From positions 120,731 to 184,730 of the forward strand of contig JBFMAD010000007.1 of NCBI GenBank assembly GCA_040755855.1: a DNA stretch of 64,000 nt, given 5' to 3'. The notes under the pieces were generated by a model, which worked only from the letters and a program-made list of their open reading frames with translations, was not told where the DNA came from and did not search any database. Below are positions 55,246-63,965 of this stretch, in pieces (the stretch's first letter is position 1; the number at the start of each line of letters is the position of its first letter). The translations under genes were made by a program, and so were the position numbers. This stretch comes from Planctomycetota bacterium (GTDB taxonomy: Bacteria; Planctomycetota; Brocadiia; JAADGH01).

Positions 55246-55283
55246 TTCATCATTCAAAATTCACCATTCATCATTCAACATTC
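55246..55283. repeat. 7-bp tandem array (TTCAnnA)
   Basis: TTCATCA TTCAAAA TTCACCA TTCATCA TTCAACA TTC; overlaps the flavodoxin gene stop. Confidence 0.8.
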
Positions 55284-56056
55284 CCATATCCCTTGTACCG
55301 CACCCGCCCCCACGTCCACGGCGTGCGGATGGCCTCCTCGGGGCAGAGGTTCACGCAGGCGAAGCAGCCCATACACCCGCCGCCGAACGTGGGATAGGGG
55401 GCCAGCGCGATGCTGTTCGTCGGACACTTCTCCGCGCATAGGCCGCACTTCGTGCACTTGTCTTCGTTCAGCTTCTTGCCCAGCATGGCATAGCGCATGA
55501 CGGGCCGACAGGTGAGAGAACCGATGAGACCCCACGGGCTGAACCGCCGAAAGCGCGAACGCGGGACGGCCTTGCCGGAGATCGCTTGGCCGTGCGCCTC
55601 GATCATGTCGCGGGTGAAGGCGCGGACCGTTTCGTCATCCTGCGCGTTCGGTCGGCCTTTGCCGATGATGAGGCCGGGGAATCGGATGGCCGTCCATGCC
55701 TCCTCGCCGCGCACCTCGATCCCGCCGAGGACCTGCGCGCCCTTGCCCCGGAGCATCCGCGCCATGCGGTTCAGGGAGTTCGCGGGGATCAGCGAGCAGC
55801 ACGCCAGGACAAAGGCCGGCATGTCCTCGACGGGCGGCATGTCGCGGAGAAACTTGAGCGCCGCATAGGCCGGGCGAAAGCCGTAGACCGCCGACGCGAC
55901 GCCGAGCATGTCGAACGCCTTGAGGTCCACCCCCTCGGCCTGCCGCGTGTCGAAGATGTCGCAGGCGTGACCGGCCTTCTCGATCTCCGCCTTGACGACC
56001 TCGACGCAGTGCCGCGTGTTGCCGGTGGACGAGTGATAGACGATGGCTGCGTGCAT
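55271..56056 (-). CDS. Flavodoxin-4Fe4S ferredoxin fusion (EFR1 family)
   Basis: YHSSTGNT flavodoxin loop; CTKCGLCAEKCP and CMGCFACVNLCP. Confidence 0.9.
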   Translation of the reverse strand: MHAAIVYHSSTGNTRHCVEVVKAEIEKAGHACDIFDTRQAEGVDLKAFDMLGVASAVYGFRPAYAALKFLRDMPPVEDMPAFVLACCSLIPANSLNRMARMLRGKGAQVLGGIEVRGEEAWTAIRFPGLIIGKGRPNAQDDETVRAFTRDMIEAHGQAISGKAVPRSRFRRFSPWGLIGSLTCRPVMRYAMLGKKLNEDKCTKCGLCAEKCPTNSIALAPYPTFGGGCMGCFACVNLCPEEAIRTPWTWGRVRYKGYGNVE

Positions 56057-56065
56057 GGTTGGATC

Positions 56066-56941
56066 CTATCGTTTCCGTTTTGTCTTTTTCGCAATTGTGA
56101 AGAAATTACCCAGGAGGACCTCGCCGTCGGGGTGCTCAGCGTCGTAGTGCTCCGCGTGGAACTGCGTCCCATAAAGGACCTTCTCCTTGTGCCGGATCAC
56201 CTGAATTTTACATTCATCCGTGGAGGCGAGGACGTCGAATTCCGTGGGCAGTTCCTTGATCTCCCATGCGTGCATCTCGTTGACGACGATTTCCTTCCCC
56301 AGTCCCTTGAAAATCGGGTCGGCGGCGGTGACTTTCACTTTTGTGAATCCCCATTCCTTGAACCGGCCAGGTGTGTAGGCGGGATGGGGGTCAGCCTCGC
56401 CGGCCTTGAGTTCCCGCATGAGGTCCACCCTGGCCCCATACGCCTGGGCGATGAGCTGGCATCCGCCGCAGAAGCCGATGGTCGGGATGTCGGTCTCGCG
56501 GATCAGGGCGAACAGCTCCTCGTCGTATGCCTTGTCAAGGGCACCCGACCGGGCCGTGATGATCAACGCATGGACGCCCTTGCCCGTCAAGTCCGCTTTC
56601 TTGATCTGCGTGTAGTGCACAGCTGCGCACGGAAGGCCCGATAGCTCTTTGACGATCTTTCGCAAATGTGAAATATACCAATACCCGCGCGGCTCCTTCA
56701 TCTTCTGCCGGATCGTGTCCGGGTGCTGCGTGTCAATCACGCAGACGAAGGGCCGACGGCCCTTGAGCGCCTTGCTGAGGTCGTCGTAAACGCCCTCGAT
56801 CCCGTCGAGCACATCGGTAGGCTTTGCGTTTTGCGCCATTGCATGTGTTCCAAACAATAGGCAGACCGCTATCCACGCCGCGCGGCCCGCGTCAAAACTC
56901 CAGAAGCAGATCCAGCATCTGCCGGTCGAGTTGGTGGCCAT
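56066..56941 (-). CDS. Class I glutamine amidotransferase-like protein (GuaA-N/peptidase C26-like), possibly exported; start uncertain
   Basis: IGFCGGCQLIA (Cys), YGTQFHAE (His-Glu); hydrophobic AAWIAVCLLFGTHAMA segment near the N-terminus. Confidence 0.8.
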   Translation of the reverse strand: MATNSTGRCWICFWSFDAGRAAWIAVCLLFGTHAMAQNAKPTDVLDGIEGVYDDLSKALKGRRPFVCVIDTQHPDTIRQKMKEPRGYWYISHLRKIVKELSGLPCAAVHYTQIKKADLTGKGVHALIITARSGALDKAYDEELFALIRETDIPTIGFCGGCQLIAQAYGARVDLMRELKAGEADPHPAYTPGRFKEWGFTKVKVTAADPIFKGLGKEIVVNEMHAWEIKELPTEFDVLASTDECKIQVIRHKEKVLYGTQFHAEHYDAEHPDGEVLLGNFFTIAKKTKRKR

Positions 56942-57884
56942 AAAACTCCTCGTACTTCACGTCCTTGCGCTGGCTGTCCAGGATACCAAACGAGCCGCGC
57001 AGATTCCATAGCGCCCAGCCGATGCCGATCTCCTGCATCACCATCATCGCGTCGCGCAGCCAGGCGAGGACCGTCGTGTGCGGTGTGTGAGAGAACGACC
57101 CGCCCTCGCCCGCATGGACGCCGACGCCCTGCTCAATGATCTCCTTCCACGGCCGCCAATACTCGCGCAGATGGTCAATGTCGAAGGTCTTCCCGCTGGG
57201 GTCGGTGCGCGGCCAGACGGGGGCGGGCGCGTTCGGGTCGGCGTTCACCCACGACGCCTTGTGGTGGGTCAGCCAGCCCGGTTCGTAGAAGCGCGTGCTC
57301 TGGCCGATGGGCAGGTCGGCCAGCTCGGGCAGGGGCGCGCGGCCCCATTGCACCCCATCGGCGATGACGAGGCGGTCGGCGTCCTCCTCATGGATCGCCT
57401 TCACCATGCGGCGGACGACGGCCTCGTGGCTCTCGCGGGTCAGGCCGTCCCTGCCGACCTGAGCGGGCTCGTTGAAGAGGTTGAAGCTGAGGTCGTCGGA
57501 CGGGATGCCTTTGTATCGTTTGGCGAAGGTTCGCCAGTGCAGCTCGCACGCCGCCTGCGCCGATTCGTCGGTCCACAGGTTGAACGGTTCCTGGGCGACC
57601 TTGTTGACGGAGTAGCCGGGGGCGCGGTGGAAGTTGAGGTTCACGTGGACGCCGCGTTGCCGGCCGAACTCGACGGCCTGATCAATGTCCATCAGGGCCT
57701 TCTCGTTGAAGCGGCGCACGTCGCCGTCCACGATCCAGCAGCGATAGTCCATGGGCAGGCGGACGAAGTTGAACCCCCAGTCGGCGATCCAGTCGAAGTC
57801 CTGTTCGACGAACGGCCCGTTGCCCCGTTCCACGGAGAACTTCTCCAACAGATTGAACCCCCTCCAGCGCGGCAGTTTGTTCAT
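56892..57884 (-). CDS. Glycoside hydrolase family 5
   Basis: WRGFNL, GFNFVRLP, NFHRAPG, NLFNEP, HAGEGG, GWALWN; start trimmed to MNKLP. Confidence 0.9.
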   Translation of the reverse strand: MNKLPRWRGFNLLEKFSVERGNGPFVEQDFDWIADWGFNFVRLPMDYRCWIVDGDVRRFNEKALMDIDQAVEFGRQRGVHVNLNFHRAPGYSVNKVAQEPFNLWTDESAQAACELHWRTFAKRYKGIPSDDLSFNLFNEPAQVGRDGLTRESHEAVVRRMVKAIHEEDADRLVIADGVQWGRAPLPELADLPIGQSTRFYEPGWLTHHKASWVNADPNAPAPVWPRTDPSGKTFDIDHLREYWRPWKEIIEQGVGVHAGEGGSFSHTPHTTVLAWLRDAMMVMQEIGIGWALWNLRGSFGILDSQRKDVKYEEFYGHQLDRQMLDLLLEF

Positions 57885-57894
57885 CTCCCTTCCC

Positions 57895-57913
57895 CTCACC
57901 ATTCAACATTCAT
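57895..57913. repeat. Short copy of the TTCAnnA heptamer array
   Basis: CTCACCA TTCAACA TTCA just upstream of the GH5 RBS. Confidence 0.55.
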
Positions 57914-58249
57914 TTTTTAGGGGCCGTTGCCCAAACCCGACTCGCGCGACTGATTGTATGGGCGAGCCCACATCCGCCACTTGCCCACGGATTCGCCGCC
58001 ACATGGGGCCTCCCACGCGGATTCCATTTCAGCAACATACCCTTCAGTCTTTTCATTCGCCGGACATTCTACCATCCCGTTCGACATCCGTAAAGTCACA
58101 AGCAAATCCCACGTTTCGGTATTCCCTCAGGATGTATGAAAAAGACGAGAGATAAAACTCTTCCCGCATCCGTTGCCGGACACAATAGAATCATGAAAAG
58201 CCCAATTTTTCACACCTTCTGAGGGATTACAACCTGGTTCAGGTTTCGT

Positions 58250-58278
58250 TTGACTTTCGCGTAGAATCGTGATATGCT
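58250..58278 (+). promoter_or_regulatory. Sigma70 promoter with extended -10 for the second ECF sigma gene
   Basis: TTGACT-17 nt-TATGCT with TGn. Confidence 0.6.
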
Positions 58279-58398
58279 GAACTTGTTGTGCTCGGAACAT
58301 CCGGTTCCGCAAGTATTTACGTCATTTCCCTCGAACACGGGATTTCACGACCTGAAATGGGCCACGCAGCAACTAACCCCCCGGAAGGAGACCAACTG

Positions 58399-58989
58399 AT
58401 GTCGGCATCGGCCGCTCTGGACGATGCGCAGTTGGTTGATGCAATCCAGGATGGAAGCAACGAGCTGATTTCAGTGCTTGCGGATCGGTATGTCCAACTT
58501 GTCTACAACATCGTGCGCAAACGCGCCCCGGTATCGGACGTGGAGGACCTTACGCAGGACATCTTGCTGGCCGTTGTGCGCTCCATTCACAAGTTCAACC
58601 AGGAATCGTCGTTGCGCACATGGATTCACGCAATCATAAACAATAAGTTGCGATACTATTTCAGGCAGCGAAAAGTGCGATCAAGAGTCTCCCAGTTTTC
58701 CTCCATCGAGAGCGATGACGACGAGGCCGATTCCGTTGAAGCCCGCGTTGAGGGCGGCGGGGACCCGGTGCACGACGTGGCCCAGGCGGACGAGAACACC
58801 ATCGTCCTCGATGCCTTAGAGGGGCTGAAGGAGGAGTACCGCGAGGTGCTGTATCTGCGGTTCACCGACGAGCTGTCCTTTTCCGAAATCGCACAGCATC
58901 TGAATATGTCTCTGGACGCCGTCAAATCCCGCTATCGGCGCGCCGTGGTAACCGTGCGCAAAAAACTGCGACGGCTGGAGAAATCGTGA
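58399..58989 (+). CDS. ECF sigma-70 factor
   Basis: DVEDLTQDILL, SSLRTWIHAI..NK, LSFSEIAQHLNMSLDAVKSRYRRA; ATG after GAAGGAG. Confidence 0.92.
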   Translation: MSASAALDDAQLVDAIQDGSNELISVLADRYVQLVYNIVRKRAPVSDVEDLTQDILLAVVRSIHKFNQESSLRTWIHAIINNKLRYYFRQRKVRSRVSQFSSIESDDDEADSVEARVEGGGDPVHDVAQADENTIVLDALEGLKEEYREVLYLRFTDELSFSEIAQHLNMSLDAVKSRYRRAVVTVRKKLRRLEKS

Positions 58990-59000
58990 AATTTCCTGCG

Positions 59001-59021
59001 ACCCTTGTGCTGCACAAGGGT
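59001..59021. promoter_or_regulatory. Perfect 10-bp inverted repeat between sigma and partner gene
   Basis: ACCCTTGTGC-T-GCACAAGGGT. Confidence 0.5.
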
Positions 59022-59108
59022 TACTAACCAAGTGGAGGACGGGGGCGACAAGACGAGCCGACCTCCGCCCCCCCGAAGACGGACCCGGATAACGAAAGGA
59101 CTGTAACC

Positions 59109-59756
59109 ATGGCCCGACAGAAGACAAGACAACTCGATGACAAACTGGCGAGGCTCACCGATGCGCTGGCATCGGGCGGGGAGGTCCCCGTCGAAACCGA
59201 GAATAGCGAGGTGGCAGGCCTCCTCAAGACAGTGAGGATGTTGAGGAGCGCCCTCCAGCCGACCCAAGTTCCTGTTAATCTGAGTGATCGGATGCGGGAG
59301 GTTGTGGCGCACGAGATCGCGTCGCTCGATCCTGTGAAGCAGAAGAAGAGCGCCCTCCAGGCGGCCATAGACCTGGCCTCGACGGTCTCGACGACCATCC
59401 GTAAGAAGGCCCAACGGGCAAAGGATCTGGTCCTCGACGTGGACCTGAGCGCCATCATCGCGGAGGCCCTTGCCATGCCGCGCCCGGCCACGGCAGACGT
59501 CTTCGCCTACTCCGCCGACGCGGCCACGCAAGAGGAAGCAACAACCGTCGTCGCCGACAGCGACGGCGACCTGTACGAGGTCCCGACCGAGGTCCTTGAG
59601 CAGTATAAGGTGCCGAGGAAGCGGCAGAAGGAATTGGGCCTGACGACGGTCCGAACACAGCTCCCACAGAATATCGTGTTGAACATCAATCTGGGCGAGA
59701 GCGGCGAGGCCGCGAAGCCCGGTGCGCCGAAGATCAAACCGAAGAAACGAACCTAA
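59109..59756 (+). CDS. Hypothetical soluble protein, candidate anti-sigma/partner
   Basis: AAAGGA RBS; helical N-terminus, no Cys and no TM segment; directly downstream of the ECF sigma. Confidence 0.65.
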   Translation: MARQKTRQLDDKLARLTDALASGGEVPVETENSEVAGLLKTVRMLRSALQPTQVPVNLSDRMREVVAHEIASLDPVKQKKSALQAAIDLASTVSTTIRKKAQRAKDLVLDVDLSAIIAEALAMPRPATADVFAYSADAATQEEATTVVADSDGDLYEVPTEVLEQYKVPRKRQKELGLTTVRTQLPQNIVLNINLGESGEAAKPGAPKIKPKKRT

Positions 59757-59790
59757 CGCGGGCGATGCCCGCAGCCCCGCCAGAATGATT

Positions 59791-59813
59791 GGTGGGCCAG
59801 AGGCCCACCCTAC
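59791..59813 (-). repeat. GTAG-type REP-like hairpin between convergent genes
   Basis: Minus strand GTAG-GGTGGGCC-tct-GGCCCACC. Confidence 0.65.
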
Positions 59814-59842
59814 ACGTGAGGCGGCGGACCCGCGAGCAAGTC

Positions 59843-61153
59843 TCATCCCCCCCAGAAGACCCAGATGAACAGCGAACCGCCGATGGTGGCGGCAATGGTG
59901 AATGGCAGACCGATTCGAGTGAACTCCCAGAAGCCGACGTGGTGCCCCTCCCGGCGAAGGATGCCGATAGCCACAATGTTCGCCGAGGCGCCGATGTGCG
60001 TGATGTTCCCTCCCAGGCATGACCCGATCAGAAGGCCGAAGGCCAAGAGGTAGTTATTCGGCATGCCCATTCGCTGCGACACATCGGCCACCACCGGCAG
60101 CATGGCCGTGATGTAGGGCACGTTGTCCACGAACGCCGAGAAGAATACCGAGAACCACACGATGAAGATATAGGCAAACATGGGGTTATCCCCCACCGTG
60201 CGGCTGATGTAATCGGCGATGTCCGTAATGACGCCCGCGTCCTCCAGGGCGTGGACGATGATGAACACGCCGGCGAGGAAGAAGGTGGTCGAGTAGTCAT
60301 ACTGTTTAAGGATGCGTTTCGTTCCGCCCCAATCGCGTCGGGCGGACCAAAGCACCCCCCCCAGCGCCGCTGCCATGCACACCACCCCCGCCAGCCAGAA
60401 CCGGATCGTCGTCGTGACGGCCAGAGCAACGATCATGATTCCGAGCAGGATCGTCGGGACCCAACTCGTGACCCGCTCGACCTCCACGCTCCCCGTCGCT
60501 TGTTTGTATCTCCGATAGAAGAGATACAGCACGAAGAAGGACAGGATCGCGCCCACCTGGACGGCGAAGAAGATGCCGGGCTTGCCCTGAAACCAGAAGA
60601 AGTGCAGAAAATTCATCACCCGGCAAGCGAGCTGCCCGTCCTCGATGTCATAAATCCCCTGGCTGGCAAGGATCATGCTCGGCGGGTCGCCGATGAGCGT
60701 GGCCGTGCCCTGGAGGTTCGAGGCAATGGCAATACCGACTAAGAACGGCACGGGCGAGACCTGGACGCGCTTGGAGAGGGCCATGGCGATGGGGGCGACA
60801 ATGAGCACCGTGGCGACGTTCTCGACGGCGCAGGAGAGAAAACCCGATAGGATGCAGACCCACAGCATGGCCATGCCCACCGTCTTCGTGCGGTTGATGA
60901 TCCCGTCGGCCAGGAGGACGGGGACCTTCGACTCGATGAAGAACTCGGCCAGAATGAGCGTGCCGGCGAAGATGCCCAGGACGGTCCAGTTGATGTTCAG
61001 GAACATCTCGGCGAGGCGCAGGTTGCCCCGAGAAAGGCAGTAGATCGCCGCAATTCCGATCCAAATGGCCCGCGCGCGGTACTTCTTGCTCAGAACCAGA
61101 AACAAGTAGACGATGCAAAAGATGATGAGCACCGTCGTCTTGTATTGCGCCAT
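59843..61153 (-). CDS. ArsB/NhaD/CitMHS (ion transporter superfamily) permease
   Basis: Highly hydrophobic; VENVATVL, SNLQGTATLIGDPP, SAFVDNVP, LGGNITHIGASAN. Confidence 0.88.
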   Translation of the reverse strand: MAQYKTTVLIIFCIVYLFLVLSKKYRARAIWIGIAAIYCLSRGNLRLAEMFLNINWTVLGIFAGTLILAEFFIESKVPVLLADGIINRTKTVGMAMLWVCILSGFLSCAVENVATVLIVAPIAMALSKRVQVSPVPFLVGIAIASNLQGTATLIGDPPSMILASQGIYDIEDGQLACRVMNFLHFFWFQGKPGIFFAVQVGAILSFFVLYLFYRRYKQATGSVEVERVTSWVPTILLGIMIVALAVTTTIRFWLAGVVCMAAALGGVLWSARRDWGGTKRILKQYDYSTTFFLAGVFIIVHALEDAGVITDIADYISRTVGDNPMFAYIFIVWFSVFFSAFVDNVPYITAMLPVVADVSQRMGMPNNYLLAFGLLIGSCLGGNITHIGASANIVAIGILRREGHHVGFWEFTRIGLPFTIAATIGGSLFIWVFWGG

Positions 61154-61225
61154 CTTTTCCTATCCTTGGTGCTTCATGCGCTGATACGTCTCTCCTCTCA
61201 CCCCTTCAGAAAGAATACGGCGCCG

Positions 61226-62224
61226 TCACGTCATCAGAAGCGTCGGCAACGAGTAGAGCGCGCCCCGCAACGTGTACAGCGACTCGATCTCGCCACGGCA
61301 ATTGTACCAGCAGGACCTACATTGATTATCCCTATAACGCTCATGCAATCGGCGCAAGATGTCCGTGATGCCGTCATCGCGCAGGCTGCCGACCGGCCGC
61401 CTCCGATCCTCGACGCACATGGCCACCCGGCCGTAATTGTCAATATTGAAAAACGCCCTGCCCGCCGCGCAACCCGGTACGCCGCCGTTGCAGGCGACGT
61501 CGAAATTCTCCAGGAACACCGGATTGGACAGGAAGTTGTCGTACTTTCGTCTCAGCCCCATCAACACATCGGCGCATCCCGTCTCCGGCGGACGGAACGC
61601 CTCATCCCCTGTCTTCAGCGCGCAGTATGGCTGCACCATGAACCACGCCCCCTCGTCCCTCGCCAGCCTGACGATTTCCTCCATCTGGTCGAGGTTCTCG
61701 TGATTGAGGACCGCCATAAGGTTCACACGCTGATGCTTCCGCGTGCGTTCCTCCACGAAAAATCGAAGCGCCTGCACGGCCCGGTCGTACGCCCCCTTCA
61801 CGCCGCGCATGGCATCGTGCTTCGCCGGGTCGGCGTAGTCAATGGACACGCTCACCCCCCACAATCCGGCGCGCCAGAGGTCGCGCGCCATCTCCCTCGT
61901 CACCAGCCACCCGTTAGTGGTGATGAAGGGGAAGTGATACGCCGCAATCGCCTTCACCACATCGGGAATGTCCTGCCGCAATGTCGGCTCGCCGCCGGCG
62001 ATGGAGATGAGCAGCGAGTTGCACTCCGCCAGATTGCGCGCCCCGAGCCGTATGTCGCCGAGGGAGAGTTCCTCGTCCTTCCGCGGTCGTTCCTTCCAGT
62101 AGTGGCAGATGCCGCAACGAAAATTGCAGCGATAGGTGACCTGCCACGCGCACCACATGGGCCGGCCCCGGAAGTACCCGGCGGCCAAGCGAAACCGTTT
62201 TTTCCACGGGGAAAAATTAGGCAT
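61226..62224 (-). CDS. Radical SAM protein with SPASM/twitch domain
   Basis: CNFRCGIC, AGGEP, TTNG, GCAAG...GRVAMC...CRSCWYNC. Confidence 0.9.
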   Translation of the reverse strand: MPNFSPWKKRFRLAAGYFRGRPMWCAWQVTYRCNFRCGICHYWKERPRKDEELSLGDIRLGARNLAECNSLLISIAGGEPTLRQDIPDVVKAIAAYHFPFITTNGWLVTREMARDLWRAGLWGVSVSIDYADPAKHDAMRGVKGAYDRAVQALRFFVEERTRKHQRVNLMAVLNHENLDQMEEIVRLARDEGAWFMVQPYCALKTGDEAFRPPETGCADVLMGLRRKYDNFLSNPVFLENFDVACNGGVPGCAAGRAFFNIDNYGRVAMCVEDRRRPVGSLRDDGITDILRRLHERYRDNQCRSCWYNCRGEIESLYTLRGALYSLPTLLMT

Positions 62225-62260
62225 AAGAAACAGCGCCAGAAGGAGTTACGCCCTCACTTA

Positions 62261-63628
62261 TCACACCCTGTTGACAATGTTGCAGACGGGACCGTGCTTC
62301 AGCGCCTCGCCGAACTGCCGGGCGTACTCGTCCAGAGGCCCGGCAAATCCCTGGATCAGGGTCTCGGCGCCTTCATGCGTCCCTCGCGCTCCCGTCTCGG
62401 CCACCACATCGCGCAGCACACTCGGGTTGTCAATCATGATGCAAACGCGCCGCAGATCGTCGTGATACGGCTGCCGCGCGCGAATGGCCTTGAAGAAATC
62501 CGACGCAAGGGCCTCTTTCAGAGGCGTCTCCTTGATGTTGTCCGTCGCAAAGTGGCAAAAGACGCAGGGCTCTACGTCGCCCTTGTTGTTAATGTGCAGA
62601 TACTTCCGCCCGCCCGCGATGCATCCGCCGGAGAACTCGCCGTCGTTCCAGAAATCTATCAGCGTGATCGCCTTCTGCGCCCGCAGCTCCTTCACCCGAC
62701 GACTCAACTGCACCCGCTGCTCCGGCGTCGGCATCAGGTCTAGTTCGGGGCTGCGGCCGATGGGCATGTAGCTGAAGTACCATCCCATCATGCAACCCGC
62801 ATCAATAAGATAATCAACGAACCGATCGCTCGTGATCGTGTCAATGTTATGCCGCGTGGCCGTCGCGGAGAAGGACACCACGACCCCCCTCTTCGCCAGA
62901 CGCCGCATGGCGCGCTCGACCTTCTTGAAGGCCCCCTTCCCGCGGCGCTTGTCCGTCTCCTCCTCGAAGCCTTCGCAACTGATCGCCGGACAGCAGTTGC
63001 CCAGCTCGGCCAGGCGGTCCACCGTGGCGTCGTCCAGAAGCAGGCCGCTGGTATAGACCAAAAAGTAAACGTCGTTATGCTCCTCCAGTATCCGCATGAG
63101 CGGTTCCCACGCGAACGGCTCCCCGCCGGAGATGACAAGGAAGTACATCCCAAGCGCTTTGGCGTCGCGTACGATGGTATCCACATCGTCAAACGTCAGC
63201 TCGTCCTCCTTGGAGTAGCTCCCCGCGTAGCACCCGTAGCACCGGAGCGGGCAGCGCATGGACGGGCTGATGACGAGCGTGCTGGGGGGATAGTAGCCCA
63301 GTTCGGACTCCAGCGCATGGCGGCGCTTCGGGCCGAGGAGCGTCCCTTCGACGAAGAGGCATCGGACCAGCTTGCTGCGGACGGTGGGGTTCAGCTCCGT
63401 GAGGAAGCGCCGCGCCAGCTCCATGGCCGGATGGCCCTCGTTCAGCTTGCGGAGCAGGTCCTTGACCACGGCCGTCCACACCCGGTCGCCGGTCAGCTTC
63501 AGGCAGTATTCGAGCATTTTTCGGAGCGTGACATCCACATTTCGCCGCGCGCCCCGGGCAGCCAGGCCAACGAGGGCGTCCACGGTCTGATAGACGGTAT
63601 ACTCCTTAACGCGGGTCAGTAGTCCCAT
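62261..63628 (-). CDS. Radical SAM protein with helical N-terminal extension and twitch/SPASM domain
   Basis: CPLRCYGCYAG, SGGEP, DFWNDG..SGGCIAGGRKYLHINNKGDVEPCVF, CIMIDNP. Confidence 0.92.
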   Translation of the reverse strand: MGLLTRVKEYTVYQTVDALVGLAARGARRNVDVTLRKMLEYCLKLTGDRVWTAVVKDLLRKLNEGHPAMELARRFLTELNPTVRSKLVRCLFVEGTLLGPKRRHALESELGYYPPSTLVISPSMRCPLRCYGCYAGSYSKEDELTFDDVDTIVRDAKALGMYFLVISGGEPFAWEPLMRILEEHNDVYFLVYTSGLLLDDATVDRLAELGNCCPAISCEGFEEETDKRRGKGAFKKVERAMRRLAKRGVVVSFSATATRHNIDTITSDRFVDYLIDAGCMMGWYFSYMPIGRSPELDLMPTPEQRVQLSRRVKELRAQKAITLIDFWNDGEFSGGCIAGGRKYLHINNKGDVEPCVFCHFATDNIKETPLKEALASDFFKAIRARQPYHDDLRRVCIMIDNPSVLRDVVAETGARGTHEGAETLIQGFAGPLDEYARQFGEALKHGPVCNIVNRV

Positions 63629-63677
63629 TGCATAAGTCCTGCAACCATACTTCAGGAATATGTACCAAGAAATTTTT

Positions 63678-63707
63678 ATGCTAAACCCTTTGGTTGCTCC
63701 CTGTCAA
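63678..63707 (-). promoter_or_regulatory. Sigma70-type promoter for the radical SAM operon
   Basis: Minus strand TTGACA-18 nt-TAGCAT. Confidence 0.45.
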
Positions 63708-63901
63708 GCCTTTTCTTGCTGGAGTTGACCAAGACAGGTACATCGTTCCCACCCTATGGTGAGATTGAGTTACATGGGTATGGGTTTGTTTGTAGCGATT
63801 CGAAAGGTGGAAAAGCGGGGGAGAGGTCATACATGAAATGGGGGTTCTTTCTTCTTCTTTTTCTTGATTTTGGTTTTTTTAAAATGATCGTCCCATGATG
63901 G

Positions 63902-63965
63902 GCTCGGCGCTCGAAGTGTTTTGTTCTTACAAAACACGAGAGCGCGAGCAGCGAGCGAAGCGAGC
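63902..63965. other. Long intergenic hairpin followed by GCGAGCGAAGCGAGC
   Basis: GCTCG GCGCTC gaa GTGTTTTGT tctt ACAAAACAC ga GAGCGC GAGC. Confidence 0.5.

Noticed and set aside
56066..56941. guaA assignment
   Set aside because: No ATP-pyrophosphatase domain; GATase-like domain only.
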